A DNA stretch of 39,949 bases from a virus (lineage: Duplodnaviria > Caudoviricetes): positions 1 to 39,949 of IMG/VR virus record IMGVR_UViG_3300044983_000114; one strand, written 5' to 3'. The translations under genes and the position numbers were made by a program. Numbering within the stretch: the stretch's first letter is position 1; every line of letters begins with the position of its first letter. Below are positions 8,029 to 17,466 of the stretch, piece after piece. Under the pieces are notes generated by a model. It had not been told where the DNA came from, ran no database searches, and was given only the letters and a program-made list of their open reading frames with translations.

Positions 8029-9019
8029 TGACGCCCCCGGAAGTTCGCTGCGTGAACGTGAAACGCCGATGGCCCGCATCGCGCTCGATGAATTGCTGCT
8101 CGAGTTGGACGCGCGCCTCCGGCGTCTTGAAAAACCCTGCTTCAGCCAGCCTGTCGGCCAGATGCGAACACAAACCTTCCCAGTCGGTTGATTGGCGGCC
8201 TCGCGTCCGGCGCCACGTCGCGCGCCAGCCGTCACCCGTGATGCCGGCCGCGTCGCCGATCATCTCTTTCAGCCGGTTTTCACAGAGCAGCTTTCGCTCG
8301 GTCCATTGATCCACCGCGGTGCGCGCGCGCGCCAGCTCGGCCGCTATCGCATTCGCTCCCGCGCTGCCCTGGAGCATCGGCCCGTCATCGCCGGGATACC
8401 GGTCGGAGAGCCACGAGCGGACCGCCTGGGAGCTGTCGATCTCAGGGCGTTCACCGCCGACCACGTGATGCTGCCACCACGCCACGAGCTGCGCGACCAT
8501 CGCGGCCTCGAACTCCCGGTCACGCTCGAGCGTGTAGACGCGGAAGTCGGATCCGCCCACGAGCACGGCCACATCCCACCGGTCATAGTCGGTGACGGCC
8601 ATGTAGTGACACATCTGTGCGACGTAAACCGCCGGGATGTCGTCGGTTCCTGGTGCTCCCCAGCCGTCGTCGCGCCGCGCCGTCTTGAGATCGAGGCCCC
8701 GGCGTTCGTTCATGCACAGCCGGTCCGGCGTGCCGATCAGGAATGGATGCTCGCGGTGTTCGAGGATCTTGCCGGGGTTGAACACCTGGCGCCCGGTGGT
8801 CTCGCAGTACCGGCGTGCGAGCAGGTCCTCGAGGTTGCGGCCCCACCACAGCCACTCGGCTTCGGCATCATCACGCGGCTTGAGCTCGCCGCGTTTGTCC
8901 AGCCACACCGTCAGCGGCGTGGCCCACGGTGACAGGCCGAGGATGGCAGCGGCGTCAGTTCCGCCGATGCCACGCCGCCTAGCCTCCAGCCACGCCGCGC
9001 GCGCGTCTACGACCACCAT
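8015..9019 (-). CDS. YqaJ-like viral recombinase / lambda-exonuclease family
   Basis: WLEARRRGIGGTDAAAILGLSPW, WG..LE, TPD, DLKT and Y..Q..HYM motifs. Confidence 0.92.
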   Translation of the reverse strand: MVVVDARAAWLEARRRGIGGTDAAAILGLSPWATPLTVWLDKRGELKPRDDAEAEWLWWGRNLEDLLARRYCETTGRQVFNPGKILEHREHPFLIGTPDRLCMNERRGLDLKTARRDDGWGAPGTDDIPAVYVAQMCHYMAVTDYDRWDVAVLVGGSDFRVYTLERDREFEAAMVAQLVAWWQHHVVGGERPEIDSSQAVRSWLSDRYPGDDGPMLQGSAGANAIAAELARARTAVDQWTERKLLCENRLKEMIGDAAGITGDGWRATWRRTRGRQSTDWEGLCSHLADRLAEAGFFKTPEARVQLEQQFIERDAGHRRFTFTQRTSGGVSGDQ

Positions 9020-9263
9020 CCCCGCCCCTCACCTCATGCCGATGCCCGTATAGGTCGTCGAGCGTGAGTTTCCCGTCACTGATCCGCACGATGGCCGCTG
9101 CAACGCGCGCGCGCGGCGCCGTCCGCCCCGCGATCCACGAGTACACCGCTTCTTTCCCGATAGGCTCCCCGGCTGCCCCGAGCTCGTGTATGAACGCCGC
9201 GACGGTGCAGGAGCCGACGAACGACGTGAAGTTGCCTCTCCAGCGACGCGGATCTCTCTGCAT
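8979..9263 (-). CDS. Cro-like HTH regulator
   Basis: IGKEAVYSWIAGRTAPR...IVRISDGKLTLDDL resembles a Cro/YdaS HTH; first gene of the recombination-replication operon. Start uncertain. Confidence 0.65.
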   Translation of the reverse strand: MQRDPRRWRGNFTSFVGSCTVAAFIHELGAAGEPIGKEAVYSWIAGRTAPRARVAAAIVRISDGKLTLDDLYGHRHEVRGGDGGRRRARGVAGG

Positions 9264-9413
9264 GGCTCGTGCCCCTTCACGCCCATGCAATCCTGAGCCG
9301 CTATCAATCACCGCAACGCGGCAACCTACATCGGCTTAGTCGGGCGGTTCAACGGTGACTTTCCAGCCGCCAACGTTCTATCCGCCGGCCAGTTTCGAGC
9401 CGGCGCCGAACGA

Positions 9414-9761
9414 CTACTTTCCGGCCGCCTTGTCCACCGTCCCCGCTCCAGCATCCGTCACAACGACAACCTTCGTCGGTAACTGCGCCGCACCGGCCCG
9501 TATCAACGCGCCCGACGCGGCTCGTTTGATCGCCGGCGCATTCCTGGTCGGTAGTCCCGATGCCCCGGCGATCTGCCGAATGGTCGCCTCCAGCAATCCC
9601 ACCCAGCCCACCGTCGGATTATTCGCCAGCACCATCGCCGCGGCGTCCTGCGCGATGGTCGACAGCAACGTCGCGCGCTCGAGGTCCGTCGGCTTCTTCA
9701 GCTTCGCCGCGATCCAGCCTCCCAGCGCCAGCGCCAGCACTCCCAGCACGTTCCCAAACAT
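9414..9761 (-). CDS. Putative holin-like membrane protein
   Basis: N-terminal TM segment followed by a basic patch; last gene of the lysis cluster. Confidence 0.5.
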   Translation of the reverse strand: MFGNVLGVLALALGGWIAAKLKKPTDLERATLLSTIAQDAAAMVLANNPTVGWVGLLEATIRQIAGASGLPTRNAPAIKRAASGALIRAGAAQLPTKVVVVTDAGAGTVDKAAGK

Positions 9762-9885
9762 GAGCCCCCGCTATCCGATGAATCAGAAGGACGATCACTT
9801 CGGTCCGCGCTCTCCACGCGGGCGCCCTCATGCCAGTAAGAGCGCCCGAGAACCACGGCTGTCCCGTGACCGTCCCCGATGAGAG

Positions 9886-10515
9886 TTAGCTGACGTTGAC
9901 CGACGCGGTCGCTGACGCCGTGGCACCGGCCGCGTCCGTCACCGTTGCGCCGAACGACGCGATACCGGCAGCCGCGAACGCTCCCGTGATGTTGCCGGCA
10001 GCGTCCAGCGTCAGCCCGTCCGGCAGCGTCCCGTCAGCCACGATGCTGTAAGGCGCGGTGCCACCGCTGGCCGCGAACGCGCCACCGAACGCGGTCCCGG
10101 CAGTCGTCTCCGAGGGTCCGGTCCATGCCAGCGCCAGCGTGACGGGAGGAATGACGACCGGCGTCGTGATGCCGGTGAGCACGTCCTTCACGATCTGTTG
10201 CCGCGCCGACACCGACGACAACTGCGCCGCCAGCGCATCGACGGCCTTCTGGCCGCCGGCATTCGAAGCCGACTTGAACGCCTCAGCAACGAGCGGAATC
10301 AGCGCGTCGATTGAGCCTTCCAGAGTGTCCACTGTTCCAACGTTCTCGGTGATCTTGCTGAGATCCACGTGTCCTCCGATGAAAATGATGAGCTTGTCAA
10401 TGTGAACGGAACGGTCATCCATCGCCTCTACGAACCTCCCTTCGAGCCTCGCGATGTCCTCCCGGAGCTGAAGCACAACGCTGTACACCTGCGGTCCGAT
10501 CGGGCTGTCATCCAC
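9886..10515 (-). CDS. Coiled-coil protein with C-terminal putative Ig (He_PIG-like) domain
   Basis: ASGGTAPYS...GTLPDGLTLD..G.ITG...F.ATVTDA.G signature. Confidence 0.75.
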   Translation of the reverse strand: MDDSPIGPQVYSVVLQLREDIARLEGRFVEAMDDRSVHIDKLIIFIGGHVDLSKITENVGTVDTLEGSIDALIPLVAEAFKSASNAGGQKAVDALAAQLSSVSARQQIVKDVLTGITTPVVIPPVTLALAWTGPSETTAGTAFGGAFAASGGTAPYSIVADGTLPDGLTLDAAGNITGAFAAAGIASFGATVTDAAGATASATASVNVS

Positions 10516-10527
10516 GCCATCCTCCCG

Positions 10528-11007
10528 TCACGCCACCTTGCCCTCGTCCACCTGTGTCTGAGCAATTTTGCGATCTGCGAGCTTCACGCGGAGCTCCGCG
10601 ATCTCGGACTCCATCAACTTGATCGAGTCAGTTTCTTCCTTAGCCGAGACACCCGCGCGCTGATTCGCGACGGCCAGCGCCTTCGTCGCAATCAGCGCCG
10701 CCACCTTGGCCGCCAGCGCCAGATCGAGCGCCTCGGTGAGCTGCGAATTCACCAGCGTGTGAATGACCCGCAGTTGCCCGCCCAGCTCACGCCGCGTCTC
10801 GTCAGCCTTGATTGCAATCTCCGCGTTGGACGAGACGAGATGCCGCGCCGCATCCTCCACGCGCTGCGCCACCACGTCCTGCCTTGCCCAATCTTCAGCC
10901 TTCTCAACGTGTCGCTGGCGTGCGTTGATCTGAAGCGTCATCCACGTCGATACCAGCCCGGCCAGCGCGACGATCATCGCGATCCACACCGCACTCATGT
11001 CAGGCAC
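10528..11007 (-). CDS. Membrane-anchored coiled-coil protein (holin/spanin candidate)
   Basis: N-terminal TM segment and IHTLVNSQLT motif; adjacent to the endolysin. Confidence 0.6.
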   Translation of the reverse strand: MPDMSAVWIAMIVALAGLVSTWMTLQINARQRHVEKAEDWARQDVVAQRVEDAARHLVSSNAEIAIKADETRRELGGQLRVIHTLVNSQLTEALDLALAAKVAALIATKALAVANQRAGVSAKEETDSIKLMESEIAELRVKLADRKIAQTQVDEGKVA

Positions 11008-11506
11008 TCTCCTCCAGCATTCCGGCGCAGCGGTTCATCCATCCCGCCGCGAACTCCGCCTGCGTGTGATCGTCACTGAGGATCCGGCCGTACTTCCGCA
11101 GCCGACTCGCCAGCACGCGATTGAACACATCGTTGGCATTGAGCGCCGCGATGGTCTGCGGCCCCATAACCCCGTCACCCGGCACCCCAACCCCACGTTG
11201 AACGATGATCGTTCCACCACGTAACCCGTGCTGAACCAGCGTATCGGCGACCAGCGCCCGCAGCCGCTCATCGCGGATCTGCACGAGGCCCGGCCCCACG
11301 ATGTAGCGTTGTCGCAGGATGGTCCGCGCCTCGCTATCCGACAGCGACTCCACCTCCAGCTCGCTCGCCGGTGCGTCCATGTGACGCCACTCTCCGAGCG
11401 TAACGGCTGTGATCCCGTACTTGGTCGGGCCGCCGCGATCCGCGACGTTGTTCGTGTAGCCGCCTTCGCGCTGCACGATTTCGTCAATGATCTGATCGAC
11501 GGTCAT
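11000..11506 (-). CDS. Endolysin, glycoside hydrolase family 108 with C-terminal peptidoglycan-binding region
   Basis: EGGY.N...DRGGPTKYGIT catalytic motif, DG.MGP.T, F..GWMNR. ATG at 11506. Confidence 0.92.
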   Translation of the reverse strand: MTVDQIIDEIVQREGGYTNNVADRGGPTKYGITAVTLGEWRHMDAPASELEVESLSDSEARTILRQRYIVGPGLVQIRDERLRALVADTLVQHGLRGGTIIVQRGVGVPGDGVMGPQTIAALNANDVFNRVLASRLRKYGRILSDDHTQAEFAAGWMNRCAGMLEESA

Positions 11507-11750
11507 CGGCGCCGCCGTCCATATAGGCCGAGCCGCGCATAGATCGCCGCGCGGAAGTACGGGGACAGGAGTCGTCTGAAGCCGTGAACCACCGGCAGAG
11601 GAGCTGCGGCCGGCGGTGCGTGTTCCCACGCCGGCCCACTGTACATCACCTGTGAGCGTTTGCATTCATGATTCGACCGGACGCGCGATCGCTCACCCGG
11701 CGCCTCCAGCAGCGGCGCCTCCAGCACCCGCAGCGCGAGCAGCACCGCCG

Positions 11751-11930
11751 TCAGCCCGCCGTCGTCCGGTCGGCAGGCTCCGCCGCGTGGATGCGTTGAT
11801 TGAGCGCCGCTATCTCGGCGTGCGCCCGCTCGATGACGTGGCTTAGATCCCACACCCGCGCTTTAAGTACCAGCAGATCCAGCGGCGCCATGTCCTTCGC
11901 CCCCCGCACCACCACACCCTTCTTTGACAT
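11751..11930 (-). CDS. 59-aa coiled-coil protein (below the track threshold)
   Basis: MSKKGVVVRGAKDMAPLDLLVLKARVWDLSHVIERAHAEIAALNQRIH..., starting 9 nt after the previous stop. Confidence 0.5.
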   Translation of the reverse strand: MSKKGVVVRGAKDMAPLDLLVLKARVWDLSHVIERAHAEIAALNQRIHAAEPADRTTAG

Positions 11931-11938
11931 CCGCGCCC

Positions 11939-13036
11939 TCAGCTTTCGATTGTGAAATATGAAACCAGCACCCTCAGCGACCCGGTCGTCGGTGCGTCGC
12001 TCGTCACGCGCAGGTCTTCGCCGTCAGCGCCGATCCCGAGAATCCCGTTCCCGCCCCGGATCACCGCCCCGCCCGGCGCGATGCCGGGATGCGACAGCAC
12101 CACGCCCGTCGTTGTCGGCGTGTTCACGGCGCCGAATCCAACCCGCAGTCCAACCTTCACGGTGTTGCCGTTGTCACATGCCGCCATGATATTCGTGACG
12201 ATGATCTTGAGTCCTGCGGCGACCGTGACCAGCGCCGTGTCCGTCTGCGCCGCCGTGTAGGCGGCCTCCACCGTCACCATGTTCGGGTGCCCCGGTATCG
12301 AGAACGGGATGCCGGCGCGGTTGAGCAGCGCGTCGCTCCGCTGGCCCGCTGCCACCGCCGTCGGGTTCGTTCCATGCGCCACGGCACGACCGCCAAGCTT
12401 CAGCGGGTTGCCGGCATCGGTGGCGCCGTGAGCCACGGTCCCATCAGCGATGGTCGAGAGCTGATTCGACGCATTCACCGCCACGCCGCGCTCATTCCCC
12501 AGCCCGTCACGAATCATCGTGTACAGGTTGCGGTTCGCCGACATCCGCAGCGTTCGAATCACGTCCTCACCCGCGGCCGTTGGCGCGGCGTCATCGAACG
12601 CTGCGCCCACCTGTATGATCTTGTTGCTGCCCGGTGAGTACGCGGAGCCGTCAATCGTGCTGCCGCAGATCCATTGACGGCCGGCGTTGTCCACCGCGAT
12701 GGTGCCGTAGTTCAGGTTCGTGGAATTGATCGTGGTCAACGCATCGTTTCGAACGCCCGCCAGCAGCACGCCGATGTCACCGCTGGCATACGTCCCCGTC
12801 TGCAGCGCCTTGCCGAGCTGCGCCGCTCCAGCACCCGGCAGGATCCGCGACACGATCCCGTAGTCACTCGCCCCCGGCACGGTGTTGATGACGCCGGCAA
12901 TCTGCAGCGCCGATGCTCCGGCAATCTGCACGCGCTGGCGGTACACCGTGTCAATCCCGACGAGGAGCTCCTCAAGGTCGATCTTCTTGCCGAGCCCCGG
13001 CGTGTCGGGATGCACCTGTATGGACTTGTCAGTCAC
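11939..13036 (-). CDS. Putative virion / tail-fibre protein
   Basis: G/A/T-rich beta-repeats (AGVRND, A.G.RSD); lies between tail tip and lysis genes. Confidence 0.65.
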   Translation of the reverse strand: MTDKSIQVHPDTPGLGKKIDLEELLVGIDTVYRQRVQIAGASALQIAGVINTVPGASDYGIVSRILPGAGAAQLGKALQTGTYASGDIGVLLAGVRNDALTTINSTNLNYGTIAVDNAGRQWICGSTIDGSAYSPGSNKIIQVGAAFDDAAPTAAGEDVIRTLRMSANRNLYTMIRDGLGNERGVAVNASNQLSTIADGTVAHGATDAGNPLKLGGRAVAHGTNPTAVAAGQRSDALLNRAGIPFSIPGHPNMVTVEAAYTAAQTDTALVTVAAGLKIIVTNIMAACDNGNTVKVGLRVGFGAVNTPTTTGVVLSHPGIAPGGAVIRGGNGILGIGADGEDLRVTSDAPTTGSLRVLVSYFTIES

Positions 13037-13038
13037 GG

Positions 13039-13515
13039 CTATGCCTCAGCGAAGTCGAACTGAAAGTCGAACGCCAGTGACGCCGCGCCGCCCACCATGT
13101 AGAACTCGGCGTTGCCGGTGATACCGCCGTTGGGAAGCAGCGTAATGCGCTCCTCCGGCGTCCCGTAGATCAGGCCCCCGAACCCGCCCTGCGCCGCACA
13201 GCCGATGCTCTGGCGCACCGTCGGCGTCCCGGTGCCGGCCGTGAACGTGGCGTCCGAGATGACCGTCGCCGGCGCCGGTGAGCTGGGATGCTTGCGACCC
13301 GGCGTGACGGCCGCGCCGCCGGTGTTCGCCGTGGTCGGGAACGTCTTGGCGCGGATCACCACGCCGCCCGACGTATTGTGCCGGCCGGTGACGAACAGGC
13401 CCGAGATCTGCGCGGTTGATTGATTCGCGATGGTCCGCATCGCGGCCACCTTGTCCTCGGTGCCCGGCGTGGCGTTGGTCGTGAGCCCGCCGCGGTTCAC
13501 GTCGTAGTAGAACAT
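13039..13515 (-). CDS. Putative virion protein
   Basis: G/T-rich beta protein in the tail cluster with a GGGGG SD. Confidence 0.6.
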   Translation of the reverse strand: MFYYDVNRGGLTTNATPGTEDKVAAMRTIANQSTAQISGLFVTGRHNTSGGVVIRAKTFPTTANTGGAAVTPGRKHPSSPAPATVISDATFTAGTGTPTVRQSIGCAAQGGFGGLIYGTPEERITLLPNGGITGNAEFYMVGGAASLAFDFQFDFAEA

Positions 13516-13520
13516 CGTGC

Positions 13521-13751
13521 TTACCCCCCTTGAATGGCCCTTGCGGTGCTCTCATCGATGAGCTGTAGGTCAAACCCCGTGCCGTACCGGTCGCACGCCG
13601 CACAGAGATACGTCACGCCCTGAACGTCACCGAACACGTAGCCGGCGAACCGCCCGCAGCTCGCGCAGTAGAACGGCGTCAGGTTGCCGAACGGTGATCG
13701 AATCACTCCTCGCGCCTCCTTCGCGAGACTGCTCAACTCCTCCGGCGTCAC
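13521..13751 (-). CDS. Small zinc-ribbon protein
   Basis: CASC...CAAC. Confidence 0.6.
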   Translation of the reverse strand: MTPEELSSLAKEARGVIRSPFGNLTPFYCASCGRFAGYVFGDVQGVTYLCAACDRYGTGFDLQLIDESTARAIQGG

Positions 13752-13755
13752 GCCG

Positions 13756-16700
13756 TCACTCGCTCGTTACGAACACGCGCGACGCCGGGCGCCGCCGGAC
13801 CCGCGTCACCGTCACCGGCGTTGCCTGCTCCGCCATGCTGCGCCACAGCGTCACGTTGAAGATCTGGAATGACACGAGCCCGTCGACAACTGCCTCCAGC
13901 TCGATTCTGACGCGCTCGTTCCGATGCCCGCAGTCAGACACCTCATCCGTCCACGCCTGCGACGTGCCGGTGAGCTCGGCGTACACGCGGCGCACCACGT
14001 CGGCCTCGTCATAGAACCGCAGCGTGTAGGTCGTCCCCGGCTCCGGCGTGGCCAGGACGCCGGCGTTCGCCCAGCTCCAGTCGGCGAGCCGGTTGCGGTG
14101 TTGCCACGCCACGGTGATGTCGCCGGCGTCAATCAGGACCGGATACGCCAGCCCGTTGACGGTGATCCCAGCCGGCACGTAGGGACGGAGCGAGCGCGAG
14201 CGCGTCGTCACCGTCACCTCGTCCACGTCATCCGCCGCCTGGACACCGAGCGGCGTGAACGCGAGCAGCTTCGCCCGTACCGTCACGTCATCCACGTAGG
14301 AGTCCGCCGATGTAAAGCCGGCTCCGAACGTCACGAACCAGACTCGGGCCCCGGCCACATGCGGCGCCGGCGTCGTGTCGGCCACGCCGCGCACGACTCC
14401 CGTGAGCGTGTACGTCCCGTCACCGTTGCTGGCGATGTACTGCCACGCGATGAACTCGTCGTCAATCAGCGCGACGTTCACGCCGCCGGCCAGCTCCACG
14501 TCCGACGCCGATGTGAGCAGTGCCAGCGGCCCGGCCACGATCAGCACGTCATCGCTGTATCCCGCCTGGCGTGACAGCAGGCCGCTCGGGGTCATGTCGC
14601 GCACCTCCACTACTTCGGCATACGCCGGCGTTCCGTCGATGCTGGCCCACACCTGATAGCCCGACTGCACCTGATCTGCCTGCGCCCCCAGCGTCAGGAC
14701 GACCCGCGCCGGCCCCACCACAAGCGCGTAGGGCGCTTCCACGAGCGCCGCGGCGACCAGCCCGGCCGGCGCGGTGACCGGATCGACCCAGGCGGACGCC
14801 GCGGGCGCCGTGTACGCTGTCGCAGCGACGCCGAACACGTCCTCCACGGCGTCAATTCGAATCATGCCGTCGGTGAGCGTCCCGGTGCTGATCCGCGTGA
14901 TGCGAATCACCATGTCGGTGATCCCGAGCGCCTCCCACGTCAGCCGCGCCAGCCCGCCCGGCCGCAGCGCCCACGCCACGCGATTCACGTACAGTTCCAG
15001 CACCGCCAGCGGATACGCCACGGTTTTGAGCACGCGCGCCGCGGTGAGCTGCGCGTTCGTGGCGTTGGAGAACCCGCGGAAGTCGTATTGCTCCTCGGCG
15101 ATGTCGCCGCCGCGGATCTGCACGTTCGCCAGATCCTGCGCCTGAGCGATGCGCTCGGCGAAGTTTCCCGCGCGGTCGATGTACAGCACCTTCACCGAAT
15201 TGAACGTGTCATCCCACGCCGGCCGTGACAGCCGGCAGGTCTGGACGTTGCTGCGATCCAGCCGCACCGGATCACCGGCGCCGTAGCTCGCGCGCACCAG
15301 CGTCAGGGTCACGAGCCCGGTCGCCGGATCGGTGAACAGCACCGCGTCGAGATGCCGCGTGATTTCAAGGATGAGATCCGCCGCCGTCGAGGCGTTGTCC
15401 ACCAGCATCGACAGCCCGAGCCCCTCCGTCGCCAACACGTCGCCCACGCTTCTGAACGCCGCCACGTCGATCTGCCCGCCGGGGATGCCAAGACCCCAGC
15501 GGTCGTTCGTGAGGATCTCGTAGAGCATCGCCGCCGGGTTGGCGTCACCCGCGATGTCGTGGTGCCCGCCGGCGAGCCCGAGCGTGTTCGGGCACCGCTT
15601 GAGCACGAACCCGATGGTCCTGAGATACGGCGACGTGCCGACGTACAACCGGCGCAGGACCGCGTAGGACATGCCGCGATAGGCCGGCAGGGGACCGAGC
15701 AGGCCCGTCAGATAGTCGTTCGCCGTCTGCGTTTCGGTGCCCTTGTATAGATCGATCCGGCCGGTGACGCCGCCCTCGCCCGTCTCGCCGCCGAAGAGCG
15801 TCGGCTGATCGACGTCGATCCGAAAGTAGTCACCCGCGTCGTGGTACGCTACGCCGTAGAGTTGGCGGTCCTGATCGGTGCGGGCATTCTGCAGGATGAG
15901 ATACCCCGGCGCCGGTGTCTGGAATGAGGCGCCGGAGATCCTGATCGTGTTTCGAAGCGCCCCGAGCGCCGGCAGACCGAGATATTCAGCCTTGAGCCAC
16001 AGCTCGAAATTCGCGAACCCGCCGGCAATCCTGAACAACGTCACCTGCGTCGGTAGCACGTCCAGCGTGAAGTCATGCCACGCCTCATCTACGTTAGCGT
16101 CAGCCGTCACGGAGATGACCCCCGACGTTCCACCGAACGGCCGCAGCTCCGCCGTGACCCGGATCAGCCCATCGCTCGGGAGCCCGTGCCGCCGCAGCCG
16201 TAGATGAATCGAGTAACCCGTGGTAGCGCCGGGATCGCTCAACGCCTCCATATGCCACTTGCCAAGGTGGAACAGACTCAGATCGCCGGACGAAATCTCC
16301 GTGTCGGTACCAGCGACGATGTACGACGCATCGGACCCGTCGGCCAGCGCCGCGCTCTGCGGATTCGAGCCGCCGGAGCCGCCGATCAACCCCCACTCAC
16401 TAACCGCCACGTCAACGTCGGGGCGTGACACCTGCGTGATGCCCGGCGCGTTGCGGTCGAATCCGAACGTGGCGTAGCTCGTGAACCGCGTGTCCGTGGG
16501 CGCCAGCTTCGCGCCCGTGGAGGGATGCGCCCACGAGTAGCGCGTCTCGCTCACCGCGAACTGACTCTCATAGGAGTCGCCCAGCAACGTGAGCACGTCG
16601 AACGCCATTCGCGCGCCCAGCGTCGGCGCCGTCGTCCGATCATTGTCGATGCTGTACGTCCGCAGGTTCCACGCGCGCCAGCCCGGCCGCGCGGCGGTGA

Positions 16701-17466
16701 ACACGATGCGGAACCGGCTCCCCGTATACGTCACCGCCGCGTGGATCCGCGGCCCGCCCGCGACGAGCGCCTCCGCGGCGTTGATGCCGGCCGCCAGCGC
16801 CGCCGCGTACCCCGGCCCGTCGTACTGCGCCGGCTGGAGCTCCACCGTCGTATCGGGCCCGAAGCTCAACCCGTCGTCCTGCACCTGATACACGAACTGA
16901 TCCGAGATGCCGTAGCGCACCTCGAACCCGTAGACCACGCGCCAGTCCGATCCGTACGTCGCTCGCATCGCCCGCTGCGCCTCCAGCGCGAGCGCGAACA
17001 GGTTCGTGTAGTTACCGTGCGCCATGTGCGCCACGTAGAACACGCCGAAGTCCGCCACGAGGCCGAACACGATCCCGTCGTTACTGACGTTGATCGTGAC
17101 CTTGCCGGTTGGCACCGGCCGATCGTCGAACCGCACCTCCACGAGCTCATCAACGGCGCCGTGGCAGAGCGCGAGCTGCGCGCCCAGGTAGTAGCGGAAC
17201 CCCGTCGTCTGCGTGACGGAGGAGAACATGCCGGTCTTAACCTTGTGAGTGATCGGGACCACCGCGAGGTCGCCATACCACACGACGTTCGGACCCTTCA
17301 CGTTGCACGTGCCCCACAGCGTCGGGATCTGCCGCCCCTCCTCCGCGGTCGGGACCTGAAAGTCGCCCAGCGCGCCCGGCTGAGGCGAGCCGAGCTTCGC
17401 CTTCGGCCGCAGGAGCTCCGATAGGACCGTGAAGCCGATGAACAGGAACAGGACCATCCAGAACAT
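13756..17466 (-). CDS. Tail tip / central fibre protein (Phage-tail_3 / GTA-like) with large insertion
   Basis: PTAEEGRQIP..WGT, YYLG..LALCHG.VD, P.YRG, ANPA..LYE.LT...WGLG, RGV..T.P..H..GA.VWF. An insert of about 430 aa separates the conserved halves. Confidence 0.85.
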   Translation of the reverse strand: MFWMVLFLFIGFTVLSELLRPKAKLGSPQPGALGDFQVPTAEEGRQIPTLWGTCNVKGPNVVWYGDLAVVPITHKVKTGMFSSVTQTTGFRYYLGAQLALCHGAVDELVEVRFDDRPVPTGKVTINVSNDGIVFGLVADFGVFYVAHMAHGNYTNLFALALEAQRAMRATYGSDWRVVYGFEVRYGISDQFVYQVQDDGLSFGPDTTVELQPAQYDGPGYAAALAAGINAAEALVAGGPRIHAAVTYTGSRFRIVFTAARPGWRAWNLRTYSIDNDRTTAPTLGARMAFDVLTLLGDSYESQFAVSETRYSWAHPSTGAKLAPTDTRFTSYATFGFDRNAPGITQVSRPDVDVAVSEWGLIGGSGGSNPQSAALADGSDASYIVAGTDTEISSGDLSLFHLGKWHMEALSDPGATTGYSIHLRLRRHGLPSDGLIRVTAELRPFGGTSGVISVTADANVDEAWHDFTLDVLPTQVTLFRIAGGFANFELWLKAEYLGLPALGALRNTIRISGASFQTPAPGYLILQNARTDQDRQLYGVAYHDAGDYFRIDVDQPTLFGGETGEGGVTGRIDLYKGTETQTANDYLTGLLGPLPAYRGMSYAVLRRLYVGTSPYLRTIGFVLKRCPNTLGLAGGHHDIAGDANPAAMLYEILTNDRWGLGIPGGQIDVAAFRSVGDVLATEGLGLSMLVDNASTAADLILEITRHLDAVLFTDPATGLVTLTLVRASYGAGDPVRLDRSNVQTCRLSRPAWDDTFNSVKVLYIDRAGNFAERIAQAQDLANVQIRGGDIAEEQYDFRGFSNATNAQLTAARVLKTVAYPLAVLELYVNRVAWALRPGGLARLTWEALGITDMVIRITRISTGTLTDGMIRIDAVEDVFGVAATAYTAPAASAWVDPVTAPAGLVAAALVEAPYALVVGPARVVLTLGAQADQVQSGYQVWASIDGTPAYAEVVEVRDMTPSGLLSRQAGYSDDVLIVAGPLALLTSASDVELAGGVNVALIDDEFIAWQYIASNGDGTYTLTGVVRGVADTTPAPHVAGARVWFVTFGAGFTSADSYVDDVTVRAKLLAFTPLGVQAADDVDEVTVTTRSRSLRPYVPAGITVNGLAYPVLIDAGDITVAWQHRNRLADWSWANAGVLATPEPGTTYTLRFYDEADVVRRVYAELTGTSQAWTDEVSDCGHRNERVRIELEAVVDGLVSFQIFNVTLWRSMAEQATPVTVTRVRRRPASRVFVTSE

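Noticed and set aside
11507-11750. Possible ncRNA or gene in the gap before the endolysin
   Set aside because: Only a short direct repeat (GCTGGAGGCGCCG twice) and weak hairpins; no recognisable RNA family or convincing ORF.
11939-17466. Diversity-generating retroelement targeting tail genes
   Set aside because: No reverse transcriptase and no template/variable repeat pair with adenine-specific mismatches noticed.
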